This document shows positions 9,531 to 20,676 of a stretch of DNA of 64,000 nt, in pieces. How positions within the stretch are numbered: position 1 is the first letter of the stretch; each line of letters begins with the position of its first letter. Origin of the DNA: an uncultured Gammaproteobacteria bacterium (GTDB taxonomy: Bacteria > Patescibacteriota > Patescibacteriia > UBA11705 > JABHMO01). The position numbers and the translations under genes are program-made. The stretch is from the NCBI GenBank assembly GCA_964590105.1, contig CAZPYM010000001.1, positions 302,172-366,171 on the forward strand, read 5' to 3'. The notes under the pieces are model-generated. The model made no database searches. It was given only the letters and a program-made list of their open reading frames with translations, and was not told the DNA's origin.

Positions 9531-11057
9531 ATGGCTGATATTAAATTTTTCGGCCAAACATTTCGCACTACATTTCTTTTCATCCTGCTGGCGGAGCTGG
9601 TCGTTTTTTTTATTCAATGGATGAAAATCGCCGTAGACCTTGGCGCTTATGCTTATTTTATAATTGTCGGTCTGGTTTTTATTGTCAGCTTATACAGGCT
9701 TGAATATGGCGTTTTTGCGGCGTTGGTTGAGCTTTTCATCGGATCGCAAGGCCACTTGCTGTCAATAAACATTGGTCAATTTGCCGTTTCTATCAGAATC
9801 GGAATTTTTATCGCCGTAATGCTGGTCTGGCTCATCTGGATAGCCCGGAAAAAATTATTTTCGCAAACATTTAAATATTTACGTGAAAACAATAAAATAA
9901 TATTGCTGGCTCTTGTCTGTTTCTGGGGATTGGTTTTCGCTTTGATTCGAGGCAATTCGCCAATTAATATTTTTCTTGATTTTAATGCCTGGCTGTATTT
10001 TTTGTATTTTTTCCCGCTGGTAACCATTTCACAGCAATCCGGACAAATCAATAGGCTTTTACAAATTTTCACGGCCAGCATCACCGCCACGGCAATAAAA
10101 GCCTTAATTTTTCTGTATGTTTTTTCTCACCACTTTGCCAGCATGCGCGACTTTTACAAATGGGGGAGGGACACGCGTTGGGGAGAATTTACTTTGATCC
10201 AGGGAAATTTATATAGAATTTTTTCACAATCGCAAATATTTATTCTGATCGGTTTTTTTATTATAATCGGGTTTCTCATTTTTAAAGGAAAATCAAATTA
10301 CCGCGTGACCAAAAATCAATACCTGGCAATTATTCTTTTTCTTTTACTGACCACAACCATTATCAGTTTATCCAGAAGTTTCTGGGTAGCGCTTATTTTA
10401 ACAGCAATTGTGATTTTGTACATTGCTTTTCGTTATTACAAGTTTAACTGGAAAGATGTCGGCCTTATCACCATTCGATTATTATTTTTAACTGTCTTGT
10501 CATACGGTTTAATCAATGCCATTGTTAGCTTTCCCTATCCAAAAACAGATGCAGATGCTTCGGCCGGCGCGCTCATCAGCCAACGCTTCAGCATCGATGA
10601 CAATGCCCTGTCTAGTCGCTGGAGCCAGCTGCCCGCCTTAACAAAAGAAATAACCAAACACCCGATCATCGGCTCCGGCTGGGGGTCAACTGTGACATAT
10701 TTAAGTCAGGATCCTCGGATTCTAAACGAAAACAACCCTTCCGGACAATACACGACCTTTGCTTTTGAATGGGGCTATTTGGATCTTATTTTGAAAATTG
10801 GACTAATAGGACTCATAATTTATCTGGTATTGCTCTGGTCAATTTTCAAAAACTATTTGGCTCTTTGGAAAAAAAATTCAGACCGCTATTTTCGCGCTCT
10901 GATTATCGGTTTTTTGCTCGGCTTATTTGCTCTGATTATTACTCACGGCTTCAGCCCATATCTGAACCATCCGCTAGGCATTGGCTATATTATCATCCTC
11001 CTAGCCATGCAAGAACCGCTTTCAAAATTAAAATTTGAACCGGAAACACTTCAATAA
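9531..11057 (+). CDS. polytopic membrane protein, O-antigen ligase/polymerase (Wzy_C)-like
   Basis: 508 aa with more than 10 TM helices and a central periplasmic loop, in a GT4-GT2 context. Confidence 0.55.
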   Translation: MADIKFFGQTFRTTFLFILLAELVVFFIQWMKIAVDLGAYAYFIIVGLVFIVSLYRLEYGVFAALVELFIGSQGHLLSINIGQFAVSIRIGIFIAVMLVWLIWIARKKLFSQTFKYLRENNKIILLALVCFWGLVFALIRGNSPINIFLDFNAWLYFLYFFPLVTISQQSGQINRLLQIFTASITATAIKALIFLYVFSHHFASMRDFYKWGRDTRWGEFTLIQGNLYRIFSQSQIFILIGFFIIIGFLIFKGKSNYRVTKNQYLAIILFLLLTTTIISLSRSFWVALILTAIVILYIAFRYYKFNWKDVGLITIRLLFLTVLSYGLINAIVSFPYPKTDADASAGALISQRFSIDDNALSSRWSQLPALTKEITKHPIIGSGWGSTVTYLSQDPRILNENNPSGQYTTFAFEWGYLDLILKIGLIGLIIYLVLLWSIFKNYLALWKKNSDRYFRALIIGFLLGLFALIITHGFSPYLNHPLGIGYIIILLAMQEPLSKLKFEPETLQ

Positions 11058-11062
11058 CAGCA

Positions 11063-12013
11063 TTAACCCAAAACAGCGCTGACAAAAACTGAATGACCAT
11101 TCACAAAGTCATTAATGCCGATCTGCCTTTTGCCCTCGAGCTTTACTTCCAGTAAACGCAGAAATCCCTGGCCGCAGGCAACATAATAGCCCCCTTCGAA
11201 CAGAAAAACTTCGCCTATTTTATGGTTTCGCTTCACCTCAATCTGCGCTGGATAACATTTAGTGATGTCCAGTTTTTTTTCATTAAAAAAAGTGTAACTG
11301 CCGGGCCACTCATTGAACGCCCGAGATTGGTTGGCGATTTCGCGCGCTCCCGCCTGCCAATTTATTTTTCCGTCTTCTTTGTAAACTTTGCCAGAGTAGG
11401 TCACTTGATCATCGTCTTGCACCACCAAAGTGATTTTGCCGTTAATATAATCGGGGATAATGTTAATCAACAGGTCAGCGCTAAGCAAGGATAACTTTTG
11501 GGCCAATTCAGTGTAAGAATCGTCATCAAAAATTTCCACAGACTCCTGCGCTACAATGTCGCCGGTATCCATGCCCGGATCCATCAAAATTACAGTTGTG
11601 CCGGTGACTTCATCGCCATGTAATAACGCCGCCTGAATTGGCGAAGCGCCGCGATATTTTGGCAATAATGACGGATGGACGTTCAAACATCCGTGCGTTG
11701 GCAGATCCAAAAACTCCTGCGGAATAATTTTTCCATACGCCGCCACAACGAAAAGTTCCGGCTTTAGCGCTGCCAATTGATCCGCGAATCTTGGATTTTT
11801 TTTCAGTGACAACGGCTGGTGGCAAGGCAATTGATATTGTGTGGCAAAAACTTTTACCGGAGGAGAAACAATTTCGCGATTGCGGCCAGCCGGTTTATCA
11901 ATTTCAGTCACAACTGCCAGAACGTCGAAATGTTTTACCAGTTCAATCAAAATCGGCAAAGAAAATTCCGCCGAACCGAAAAAAACAATTTTTATTTTTG
12001 AGTTATCTTGCAT
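11063..12013 (-). CDS. fmt: methionyl-tRNA formyltransferase
   Basis: KIVFFGSAEFSLPIL...DKPAGRNREIVSPPVK...HGCLNVHPSLLPKYRGASPIQ; it is adjacent to def. Confidence 0.9.
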   Translation of the reverse strand: MQDNSKIKIVFFGSAEFSLPILIELVKHFDVLAVVTEIDKPAGRNREIVSPPVKVFATQYQLPCHQPLSLKKNPRFADQLAALKPELFVVAAYGKIIPQEFLDLPTHGCLNVHPSLLPKYRGASPIQAALLHGDEVTGTTVILMDPGMDTGDIVAQESVEIFDDDSYTELAQKLSLLSADLLINIIPDYINGKITLVVQDDDQVTYSGKVYKEDGKINWQAGAREIANQSRAFNEWPGSYTFFNEKKLDITKCYPAQIEVKRNHKIGEVFLFEGGYYVACGQGFLRLLEVKLEGKRQIGINDFVNGHSVFVSAVLG

Positions 12014-12033
12014 CTTATTTTATTTATAAAAAA

Positions 12034-12516
12034 TCAAAGCTCTTTTTTTTGATTTTCAGCGCTTTTAATATTTTTTGCCTTATCTATAAAAAGCACGCCA
12101 TTCAGATGATCAACCTCATGATCAATTACTCTGGCAAAAAGTCCGCGCGCTCTAAATTCTATCCTCGCGCCGTCAGCTGAAATGGCTTTTACTTTTAGAC
12201 TTGTATTTCGTTTCACGTCACCATATATTCCCGGCACGCTAAGGCAACCTTCCTCATCAACACACTTGCGCCATGATCGGACTGAAATAACCGGATTAAC
12301 CAGCGCCAAGGGTCCGCTTTTTGTACTAATAATAACTATTCTTACTAATTTTCCTACCTGAGGCGCGGCAAGGCCAATGCCGTCGTTGGCTTTCATTGTT
12401 TCAATCAAATCACAAATGAACCGCTTGTATTTACCGGTTTTTACTTCGTTTATCGCAACGGCTAAGGATTTTTTTCGCAGTTGCGGATCTGGCAGATGTA
12501 ATACCTTTCTAATCAT
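12034..12516 (-). CDS. def: peptide deformylase
   Basis: GIGLAAPQVG, EGCLSVPG and HEVDHLNG motifs. Confidence 0.92.
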   Translation of the reverse strand: MIRKVLHLPDPQLRKKSLAVAINEVKTGKYKRFICDLIETMKANDGIGLAAPQVGKLVRIVIISTKSGPLALVNPVISVRSWRKCVDEEGCLSVPGIYGDVKRNTSLKVKAISADGARIEFRARGLFARVIDHEVDHLNGVLFIDKAKNIKSAENQKKEL

Positions 12517-12565
12517 AACTATTTCGAATTTTATGGAAACTTAAATTAAGGCAATCTTTAGAAAA

Positions 12566-14440
12566 TTATAGCAAATTAACAGGATTTTTGTCAATGGTCC
12601 AGTATTCCGGAACATCGGATATAAAGCGTTTCTCCAATTCTATATTGGACAGGGGAAGGAATACGGCTATCTGGCAGCGATAGCGCTTTCTGACCTTTTG
12701 CAAATAATGCAAATACGGCTCGGTGATTTTGATGTTTTTATCTGAACCCTTGATAAGTTTATCATATAATTCCTGCGCTTCTTTCTGACAAACACCCAGA
12801 TCCTGATGCTGAAAAAATAATTTTATAAGAGTGCAAAATGGGGGATAGCTAAATTGTTTTCTGTCGGCAATTTCTTTTTTGTAAAAATATTCATAGCCCA
12901 AATTTAAACTTTCAAAGGCCAGATTGTCAGCAAAACTGGTTTGGACGATTACTCCCGCGCCACCCGCTCGCCCGATCAATTCTTTTTGGAAGCAATAAAG
13001 ACGAAAATTGGAATTAAAGTCAGCTAGATAAACAAGACTATCCAGGTAAACAAATCCCAGTAAACCAATATTTTCAAAATTTTCTTTTTTTAATGTTTGC
13101 CCGGTGCTAAGTAAGATCCGGCCAGCGTCAGTAAATCTCTTTTTAACCTCGTTACTAATTTGTTCAATGCCGATTCCCATTTTTTTCAGATTGACGCCCC
13201 GACAATTAGGACAGGTTAGAAGCAAATCTTGTTTTTGCCCGCAACGATAACACACTAGATTTTGCCCCTCAATTGTAAATGGCAATTTGCAACTGGGACA
13301 ATTGGCTTCAAATCCGCAATCATCGCAAAAAAGATAGCTGTATTCACCCTTTTTATTGACTATCAGTAAAACTTTATTGTCTTTTTTCTGTTTCAGGGTG
13401 ATATCGATTTCCCGCAATAATTTTTCACTCAAATATGTAAATCCTTTTTTTCGCTCTTCCCGAAGATCAACCAGCTGAACTTGGTTTTTGATCCCCGCGC
13501 CGAGCGTTATCATTTGATATTGATTTTTTTTAGCATTGCAAGCGTCCTCAATCCTGGGGGTTAAAGATGATAAAATTAAATTGCAATTTGTCAACTGCTG
13601 GATTTTTTGCGCCACGTTTACAGCTTCGTAACGGGGAGTCATGTCCCACTGTTTGAAATCTTCTGAATGAGCAGCATCAATAACTATGGTTTGCAAATTT
13701 GATAATGGAGAAAAAACAGCTGATCGCGTGCCAATAATTATAAATTTTTCATTTTTCCTAATCTGGCCCCAGAGTTGAAATGTTTTGTTTTTTCCGTAAT
13801 GAGCGTCAGTGGTTAATGAGGCTGTTTTAACTTGAAGATTTTTAGGCAAAAGCTGGAAAAATTCGTTCACTTTTTGCACTTGGGGAAATAAAATCAATAT
13901 TTGCTTTCTGTCCTTTACTGCATTTGAGCACAATCCCAAATAAAACAATTCTTTGAGCTTGGCATCATGGGGAAACAATAAAGCTTTTTGCCCATTTGAA
14001 CAAAAAAATTGTTCAATGAGAGGCAAAATTTTCGGGTTCTTTACCAACTCAATTCGATTGTCTGAAATCTGTGTTTCTCTCGCAAGAGCGTTCCGCTTTG
14101 GCACGTCCGGAAACAGCATCCTGGCCGTTGCCGCCAGTGAATAGTGATAATATCCGGCAAACCAATTTATCAGCTCCATTTGATAGGGAAGCAATCCGCC
14201 AAGATCGCTGTCGAGACTATCAATCTGTTTGGCCTGCTCAAAATCAGTTTTATTTTTTATTGAATGAACAATTCCCTTAAGCATCTGCTTTTTCCTAAAA
14301 GGAATATTAACAATCGCGCCTGGCATGATTTTTTTTTGCCAGCTATCCGAAGCGTCATCCTCTTTAGGAATATAGTAATCAAAATAATCCATGCCTCTCG
14401 GCAACTTTATCAAAGGAATTATCTGAGCCACTTTCAGCAT
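12566..14440 (-). CDS. priA: primosomal protein N' (PriA)-like, with degenerate ATPase motifs
   Basis: Overall PriA architecture, including the Cys-rich zinc-binding insert (CDDCGFEANCPSCKLPFT...CYRCGQ...CPNCRG). At the Walker A position the sequence is FPHDAKLK instead of GxxGSGKT. The DEEH box reads IVIDAAHSEDFKQ, so DEEH has become DAAH. Confidence 0.75.
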   Translation of the reverse strand: MLKVAQIIPLIKLPRGMDYFDYYIPKEDDASDSWQKKIMPGAIVNIPFRKKQMLKGIVHSIKNKTDFEQAKQIDSLDSDLGGLLPYQMELINWFAGYYHYSLAATARMLFPDVPKRNALARETQISDNRIELVKNPKILPLIEQFFCSNGQKALLFPHDAKLKELFYLGLCSNAVKDRKQILILFPQVQKVNEFFQLLPKNLQVKTASLTTDAHYGKNKTFQLWGQIRKNEKFIIIGTRSAVFSPLSNLQTIVIDAAHSEDFKQWDMTPRYEAVNVAQKIQQLTNCNLILSSLTPRIEDACNAKKNQYQMITLGAGIKNQVQLVDLREERKKGFTYLSEKLLREIDITLKQKKDNKVLLIVNKKGEYSYLFCDDCGFEANCPSCKLPFTIEGQNLVCYRCGQKQDLLLTCPNCRGVNLKKMGIGIEQISNEVKKRFTDAGRILLSTGQTLKKENFENIGLLGFVYLDSLVYLADFNSNFRLYCFQKELIGRAGGAGVIVQTSFADNLAFESLNLGYEYFYKKEIADRKQFSYPPFCTLIKLFFQHQDLGVCQKEAQELYDKLIKGSDKNIKITEPYLHYLQKVRKRYRCQIAVFLPLSNIELEKRFISDVPEYWTIDKNPVNLL

Positions 14441-14525
14441 ATTGCAGATTTATTATATCATCAAAAATCAGAAAACCGAAGCTCTCACTTCGGGTTTTCC
14501 CTGGTAACAACGCCTCGCCTATTCC

Positions 14526-15314
14526 TCAAGCAAATTTCATTTCACCGACCAAGTATCCAACGCCAAACGGGGACTCATAGCTTAGCACTTCAAATTCATA
14601 ACTCATATTTTTCACTGCCCCGAGAAGAATTAAAAATGAACGCAGGCCGCACTCTCCCGCATCCTCAATCACTGCCGGATCCAAATCCAAAATGCCCTGA
14701 ACGCTTTTCTTTTTTAGAAACTGAATCAACTTTTTATCAAAATCCTTGGCGCTCGGAGAAAATCCCGACGGCGCCTGCAGACTTAATCGATGCGAAAGAT
14801 CACCGGAAGCAATAATCGCATATTTTTTGTCTGTTGAAAATATTGCTTCTTTGATCAACTCACCAAATTCCAGGTGTTTAGCATAGCTCAGAAAACTATA
14901 ATTAATCGGAACAATGCGCTGATCCTGCACCTTGCGGGTTAAATAATACAGCGGTACTGCCGCGCCGTGATCTAAATTTTCCTGTAAAATCAATTGCAAG
15001 GGCAATTTTGTTTCATTTTTTCCTTTTAAATGATTAATAAAGCCAAGATCTGACTTAAATGAAAGTTTAGTTTGAAAATCGCCAAAGTCTTCAAAGTTTG
15101 CTGAGTAAATCTGATTAGTATTAATCGTAAAAGCGTTAAAATTAATTTCCCCGTGCGGCGAAATAACTATCAAAGTATCCGGATTTGCCTGGTTTAAATC
15201 TTCCTCCAAAATATCAAAAGCCTGGACTGTTTTTTTCAGTTTTTGTAAATTGTTTTTGCCGATCCGCGGAATGAGAATCGGCGGATGGGGGACAATAGCG
15301 GCGAACGTTAGCAT
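14526..15314 (-). CDS. Memo-like protein (AmmeMemoRadiSam system protein B-like, distant LigB-type fold)
   Basis: Motifs IVPHPPIL, ISPHGE, DHGAAVPLYYL and ASGDLSHRLS line up with the Memo-family PHAGY / EHSxExxLP / SSDLSH motifs. Confidence 0.6.
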   Translation of the reverse strand: MLTFAAIVPHPPILIPRIGKNNLQKLKKTVQAFDILEEDLNQANPDTLIVISPHGEINFNAFTINTNQIYSANFEDFGDFQTKLSFKSDLGFINHLKGKNETKLPLQLILQENLDHGAAVPLYYLTRKVQDQRIVPINYSFLSYAKHLEFGELIKEAIFSTDKKYAIIASGDLSHRLSLQAPSGFSPSAKDFDKKLIQFLKKKSVQGILDLDPAVIEDAGECGLRSFLILLGAVKNMSYEFEVLSYESPFGVGYLVGEMKFA

Positions 15315-15340
15315 ATAAAAAACGTGATTTACATGATTTG

Positions 15341-16711
15341 TTATTTCTTAAAATCTAAGTCAACAAAACCGCCGAGCGGTAAATTTGACAAGCTTTTTTC
15401 TGAAACGATTTTAACGTTTCCCCATTTATAGCCAAGCCTTTCAAAAACATCGCCGGAAACTATCGGCCTTTTTTTGCCGTCTGAAATAACATAGACAGTC
15501 GGCTGTGTTGATGTTCTTACTAAAATGCCATCATATATTTTGACAGGATCAAACCTGGCGAACTTATCAAGTTCCTCGGGCATTACAGATGTTATATGAT
15601 ATTCGGGGTAATTGATCAACAAAATATCCTTGGTAATAATCGGGTATTTTTTCCCGTCCTGGACAAAGAAAACGCCGCCAGTTGTTTTGTCTTGAAGCAA
15701 AGCGCCCATAGGATATGCGCTCTCCATGGTAATTGGTTCGCCAAGTTCATAATCGCCGAAATCATCCAGACTTAATTCCTGAAATTCTTCCGGATTATAA
15801 CCAATAGTGCGGATCACTTCCTGCGATTCAAATTTTCTGAGTTGATCATCTATCAGCAGATAAACATTTCCCATCGGCGTAATCAGCAACGAATAATTGG
15901 AAAATTTGATCGGCCGGCCGATTTCATATTTTTCAAGTTCAATCTTGCTAACAGTGATTATATTTTTCAAGTTGTAACGCGACACAAGCGCGCTTTTGGA
16001 AAAAAACGGCCTCCTTGATCCATTCTGAATCAGCCAAACACCGGATTCACCCTGCGCTTGAAGCAGTGACCCGTCTGGGTATTTTTGGGAGAACCATTCA
16101 TTCCAAATCTTCCAAAAATTATAATTGCCATGAATATGAGGAGTAAAATTATAAAGATTTGCCGTGGCTTGATTCACAATATAAATATCATAGCCGTCAA
16201 TTTTGTAAATATTGCCTGGACGTTTTAACCAACCTTCATTAGTTTCAATATACCAGCGATTACGCCAAGCAGTACGATCAACTTGAGTGGCGAAGCCTTT
16301 AAATAAAAGCAACCCAGGATCACCCATCTCACAACTGTCGCAAACTCCATAGCCCATTGCCCAGTCATATTGCTTTTGAGTAGGGGATGAATCTTCCACC
16401 AGACTTTGTTCTTTTTGCAACATTACCAATAAGAATTTTGGGTTGATCTGGTACTTCTGCGCCGCATCCCAAATAATTTCGGCGGCGGTCTTTTTCTGGC
16501 CATCAGTGTCAATTGCCTGATATGCGCCAAGCGTGCCGTTTCTTCGCTGAAGAAAATTTTGAATTTCATTCAGTGTCATGGAATTATTGTCAGTCAAATC
16601 AGAATCAGAAATAATATAGCCATTGTCAAAATTAACAGCCAAAACATAACGTCCGGGTAGCAGAACCCCAATCATCAGACACAAGAGAGCGATTATTGCG
16701 ACTTTTTTCAT
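15341..16711 (-). CDS. secreted hypothetical protein with three C-terminal ~40-aa repeats
   Basis: Signal peptide MKKVAIIALLCLMIGVLLPG, followed by the repeats GVWLIQNGSRRPF / GVFFVQDGKKYPI / TVYVISDGKKRPI. Confidence 0.5.
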   Translation of the reverse strand: MKKVAIIALLCLMIGVLLPGRYVLAVNFDNGYIISDSDLTDNNSMTLNEIQNFLQRRNGTLGAYQAIDTDGQKKTAAEIIWDAAQKYQINPKFLLVMLQKEQSLVEDSSPTQKQYDWAMGYGVCDSCEMGDPGLLLFKGFATQVDRTAWRNRWYIETNEGWLKRPGNIYKIDGYDIYIVNQATANLYNFTPHIHGNYNFWKIWNEWFSQKYPDGSLLQAQGESGVWLIQNGSRRPFFSKSALVSRYNLKNIITVSKIELEKYEIGRPIKFSNYSLLITPMGNVYLLIDDQLRKFESQEVIRTIGYNPEEFQELSLDDFGDYELGEPITMESAYPMGALLQDKTTGGVFFVQDGKKYPIITKDILLINYPEYHITSVMPEELDKFARFDPVKIYDGILVRTSTQPTVYVISDGKKRPIVSGDVFERLGYKWGNVKIVSEKSLSNLPLGGFVDLDFKK

Positions 16712-16750
16712 ACAGCAATATTATAATAAAAATAGCATCTTTTAGCAAGC

Positions 16751-16782
16751 AAAAACCAGCGCTGTCAAAACGCTGGTTTTTT
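16751..16782 (-). terminator. rho-independent terminator downstream of clpB (palindromic, usable on either strand)
   Basis: aaaaaaccagcg-ctgtcaaaa-cgctggtttttt. Confidence 0.55.
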
Positions 16783-16809
16783 ATAATTCAATCGATCTCA
16801 AAAATTAAG

Positions 16810-19431
16810 CTATTTAAATACCACCTTCCCCTTGACTAATTCAACGGAAAGTTTACCCTTGACTTTGCCCTCAATCATTTGCAAAGCTAATTCGTCAAGT
16901 AATTTACTTTGAATCAATCTTTTCAGCGGCCGGGCGCCAAATTGAGGATCATAGCCCTGCTTGGCCAGCATATCTTTCACTTCATCGCTAAAAGTAATTT
17001 TAATTTCCTTATCTTTTAATCGGCGCTCTACTATTGCCAGCTGAAGATCAACAATCCAACGAATATCTGCTTCTGTCAAAGCGTCAAAAATAATTATTTC
17101 ATCAATGCGATTCAAAAATTCAGGCCGGAAATGATCTTTTAGTTTTCCCAGTATTTTGCTATCAGCATCTTGTCTTGATTTTGTTTCTTTATTACCAAAA
17201 CCCAAATCAGACTTTGTTAAAGATTCGAGTATTGTGTCCGAACCAATATTTGACGTCATAATGATAATTGTGTTTTTGAAGTTAACAGTACGGCCCTTGG
17301 CGTCAGTCAATCTGCCGTCGTCTAAAATTTGAAGCAATGTATTGAAGACTTCAGGATGCGCCTTTTCAATTTCATCAAATAATACAACTGAATATGGTCG
17401 GCGTCTGACTTTTTCAGTCAGTTGGCCGCCCTCATCATAACCAATATATCCCGGAGGTGAGCCGATTAATTTTGAAACCGCGTGTTTTTCCATAAATTCA
17501 GACATATCCACTCGCACAATCGCGTCTTCGCTATTGAACATAAATTCAGCCAGTGATTTAGCCAGCTCGGTTTTGCCGACACCGGTCGGGCCGAGAAATA
17601 AAAATGATCCAATAGGCCGATTTTCTTCAGACAAGCCGGCTCTTGATCGGCGGAGTGCATTTGACACAGCGGCAATTGCTTTTTTTTGTCCAATAACTCG
17701 TTTTGATAATTCTTCTTCAGCATGAGCCAGTTTTTCTATTTCACTTTGTAGCATTTTTGAAACCGGAATACCTGTCCACTTGGACACAACCTCGGCAATA
17801 TCTTCTTCATCAACTTCTTCTTTTAATATCTGCCGTCCGCCGGGGCCTGACTGCACTTTTCGAAGGCGGGTTTGCAAATCTTTGATGGCTTTTTCATGTT
17901 CAGGGATTTTGCCATAGCGAATTTCCGCCACTTTGTCGTATTCTGCTTTTCTTTCAAGTATTTCTGCTTCTTGTTTTAATTTATCAATTTCCTTTTTCGC
18001 TTCTTGAATTTGATTGATCAATTCTTTTTCCTTTTTCCAATGCAACTCAAGCCGATTGGATTTTTCTTTTAATTCTTCCAGCTCTTTTTCAATCTCTTTT
18101 AATTTTTTCTTGGTGGTTTGGGTTTTCTCTCTAGCAATGGCCTGCTTTTCAATTTCCAGTTGCATGATTTTACGTTTAAATTGATCCAGTTCGATCGGCA
18201 TGCTATTTAACTCAATGCGCAATGACGAAGTAGCTTCGTCCACGAGGTCAATAGCTTTGTCCGGCAAAAATCTGTCAGTAATATATTTTTGTGAAAGCTT
18301 GGCGGCCGCCACAATCGCATCGTCAGTAATTCGAACGCCATGGTGAACTTCATATTTTTCCTTGATACCTCGTAAAATTGAAATAGTGTCTTCAAGCGTC
18401 GGCTCGAGCACCATGACTGGCTGAAATCTTCTTTCCAGAGCTGCATCTTTTTCAATATATTTTTGATATTCTTTTAGCGTTGTAGCGCCAACACAATGCA
18501 ATTCACCGCGAGCCAGGGCGGGCTTTAGCATATTTGAAGCGTCAAGACTGCCTTCAATAGCGCCTGCACCGACAATTGTATGAAGCTCATCAATAAAAAT
18601 AATATATTTATCTTTATTCTTTTTTATTTCTTGAAGGATTGCTTTCATTCGCTCCTCAAATTCACCGCGAAATTTTGCGCCAGCGACAATTGAACCAATA
18701 TCCAGGCTTAAAACTTCTTTGTTTTTTAAATTTTCAGGCACATCGCCGGCCACAATCCTTTGTGCCAAACCTTCTGCCACAGCTGTTTTACCAACACCGG
18801 GCTCGCCAATTAAAACAGGGTTGTTTTTCGTGCGACGAGATAAAACTTGCAATAGTCTTCTGATTTCTTCGTCTCGCCCAATTATCGGATCAAGTTTTTC
18901 TTGTCGCGCCTCTTCAGTAAGATTGACTGTGAATTTTGCCAATACATCCCGCTTGTTTTCCGGATCAGGAGAATCAACCTTTTGATCACCCCTAACCTCG
19001 CTTAGAATTTTCATTACAGCGTCATAATTCACACCAAATGCTTGCAATATTTTACTGGCCGTTGAGTCAACTTTCAAAAGTGAAAGTAGCAAATGTTCAG
19101 TGCTGACAAATTCATCGCCCAGAGTTTTGGCTTCTTTTTCTGAATTAACCAAGCAATAATTCATCTGCGGAGTAACCGCCACCTGACCGTTCGGCCCTCC
19201 GGACAATGGTCCTTTTGGCAATCGGGTTAAGGTAGCTCTAGCTTGTTGGATCATTTGTTCAATAGGAATTTCCATTTTCTTTAGCACTGTCAAAACAATG
19301 CTCTCGTCTTGTTGCAGCAAAGCAAAAAGCAGATGAAGGGTATCAATCTGCGAATGTTTGAATTCAAATGCCAGCGCCTGCGCTTCTTGCAGGGCTTGCT
19401 GTGAATTGGTAGTGAATTTGCGGATGTCCAT
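16810..19431 (-). CDS. clpB: ATP-dependent chaperone ClpB
   Basis: N-domain [18 protein letters not shown], two AAA+ modules (GEPGVGKT and GPTGVGKT) and a long middle coiled coil; 873 aa. Confidence 0.95.
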   Translation of the reverse strand: MDIRKFTTNSQQALQEAQALAFEFKHSQIDTLHLLFALLQQDESIVLTVLKKMEIPIEQMIQQARATLTRLPKGPLSGGPNGQVAVTPQMNYCLVNSEKEAKTLGDEFVSTEHLLLSLLKVDSTASKILQAFGVNYDAVMKILSEVRGDQKVDSPDPENKRDVLAKFTVNLTEEARQEKLDPIIGRDEEIRRLLQVLSRRTKNNPVLIGEPGVGKTAVAEGLAQRIVAGDVPENLKNKEVLSLDIGSIVAGAKFRGEFEERMKAILQEIKKNKDKYIIFIDELHTIVGAGAIEGSLDASNMLKPALARGELHCVGATTLKEYQKYIEKDAALERRFQPVMVLEPTLEDTISILRGIKEKYEVHHGVRITDDAIVAAAKLSQKYITDRFLPDKAIDLVDEATSSLRIELNSMPIELDQFKRKIMQLEIEKQAIAREKTQTTKKKLKEIEKELEELKEKSNRLELHWKKEKELINQIQEAKKEIDKLKQEAEILERKAEYDKVAEIRYGKIPEHEKAIKDLQTRLRKVQSGPGGRQILKEEVDEEDIAEVVSKWTGIPVSKMLQSEIEKLAHAEEELSKRVIGQKKAIAAVSNALRRSRAGLSEENRPIGSFLFLGPTGVGKTELAKSLAEFMFNSEDAIVRVDMSEFMEKHAVSKLIGSPPGYIGYDEGGQLTEKVRRRPYSVVLFDEIEKAHPEVFNTLLQILDDGRLTDAKGRTVNFKNTIIIMTSNIGSDTILESLTKSDLGFGNKETKSRQDADSKILGKLKDHFRPEFLNRIDEIIIFDALTEADIRWIVDLQLAIVERRLKDKEIKITFSDEVKDMLAKQGYDPQFGARPLKRLIQSKLLDELALQMIEGKVKGKLSVELVKGKVVFK

Positions 19432-19654
19432 ATTTCAATAAAAATATTATACCAATATCACACTAATATTGCACAAATATTATTACAACAGCAGTTTTAA
19501 TATTTGTTTAATATTCGTTCAATATCTAATTAATATTTGTTTTAAATAATTAGCAGTCACAAGTAAGGAGTGCTAATTCATTATACAATTCAATAAAATA
19601 TTGTCAAGCGAATAACATTCGCACACTAGACTGCGAAAACAACTTACTGCCTGG

Positions 19655-20635
19655 TCAAACATTGCCAATATAAACATTTTTCAAGCCGGTTGCCAGACCG
19701 ATTTTTTTTGCTCGATTAAGGGTGCTGATTGAAGTAGGGGAGACATCTTTCATTTTATTTGCCGGGTGAAAAGCGCTGACATGCCAGACAAGCGACAAAT
19801 CAATGTCCGCCAAAAAATTAGCAATTTGCTGCAATTCTCCGTTGCTGTCATTCAGGCCCGGAATAATCAAAGTCGTTACTTCAATATGTACCTTGTTTTC
19901 ATGGCAAAGTTTGATATTCCGCAAAACCGGATCAAGCCTCGCCCCGCAAACTTGCTTATAAGTCAAATCACTAAAAAACTTCAAATCAATATTTATAGCA
20001 TCCAAGTACGGTTGAATTGCTCTGAATGTTTCCAGCGAAAAATAACCGTTTGAAACCCAAATATTTTTTAGCTTTGCTTGTTTGGCCAATTTCATTACAT
20101 CAAGAGCAAATTCCACAAAAATAGTCGGCTCGGTATAAGTATAGGCAATGCTCTCGCAATTATTTTCTATTGCCAAATAGACAACGTCTTCCGGATTAGT
20201 TTTGGAACCAGAAATCCACTCCTCTTCTAGAATATGTTCGCTAAACTGGGCGATGTCCGCATTCTGACAATGAGCGCATTTAAAATTACAACCGACCGTG
20301 GCGATTGAATAGGTAAGTGTACCCGGCAAGAAATGATAAAGAGGTTTTTTTTCAATCGGATCAATGTTCTGAGCAATTAATTTTCCGTAAACCAAACTGT
20401 AAAGCTTGCCACCTTTATTTTTTCTGACATTGCAAACTCCCACGCCGCCATTTTGAATAACGCATTTATGTTCACAAGCCAGACATTGAACCAGCTTGTT
20501 TTTTTCCTGCTTGTAAAACAAGGCTTCTTTCATATAATCTCCTACTTTTATTTTAGCAAATTTCATGATATAGTTCAAAACATAGAGCACGTCACCCGCA
20601 GTATTAGAAAAATTTTTAATCCGGATTTTATTCAA
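19655..20635 (-). CDS. radical SAM protein, AmmeMemoRadiSam-system radical SAM enzyme-like
   Basis: CNFKCAHCQN (CxxxCxxC) radical SAM cluster plus additional Cys clusters; 326 aa. Confidence 0.75.
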   Translation of the reverse strand: MNKIRIKNFSNTAGDVLYVLNYIMKFAKIKVGDYMKEALFYKQEKNKLVQCLACEHKCVIQNGGVGVCNVRKNKGGKLYSLVYGKLIAQNIDPIEKKPLYHFLPGTLTYSIATVGCNFKCAHCQNADIAQFSEHILEEEWISGSKTNPEDVVYLAIENNCESIAYTYTEPTIFVEFALDVMKLAKQAKLKNIWVSNGYFSLETFRAIQPYLDAINIDLKFFSDLTYKQVCGARLDPVLRNIKLCHENKVHIEVTTLIIPGLNDSNGELQQIANFLADIDLSLVWHVSAFHPANKMKDVSPTSISTLNRAKKIGLATGLKNVYIGNV

Positions 20636-20676
20636 CCCAACTTTTTTTATTTATAATTTGTTTGTGATTTGTTACT

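Noticed and set aside
11791-12180. Plus-strand ORFs overlapping fmt (11791..12180, 11819..12001, 11841..12029)
   Set aside because: They are antisense to the well-conserved fmt coding region.
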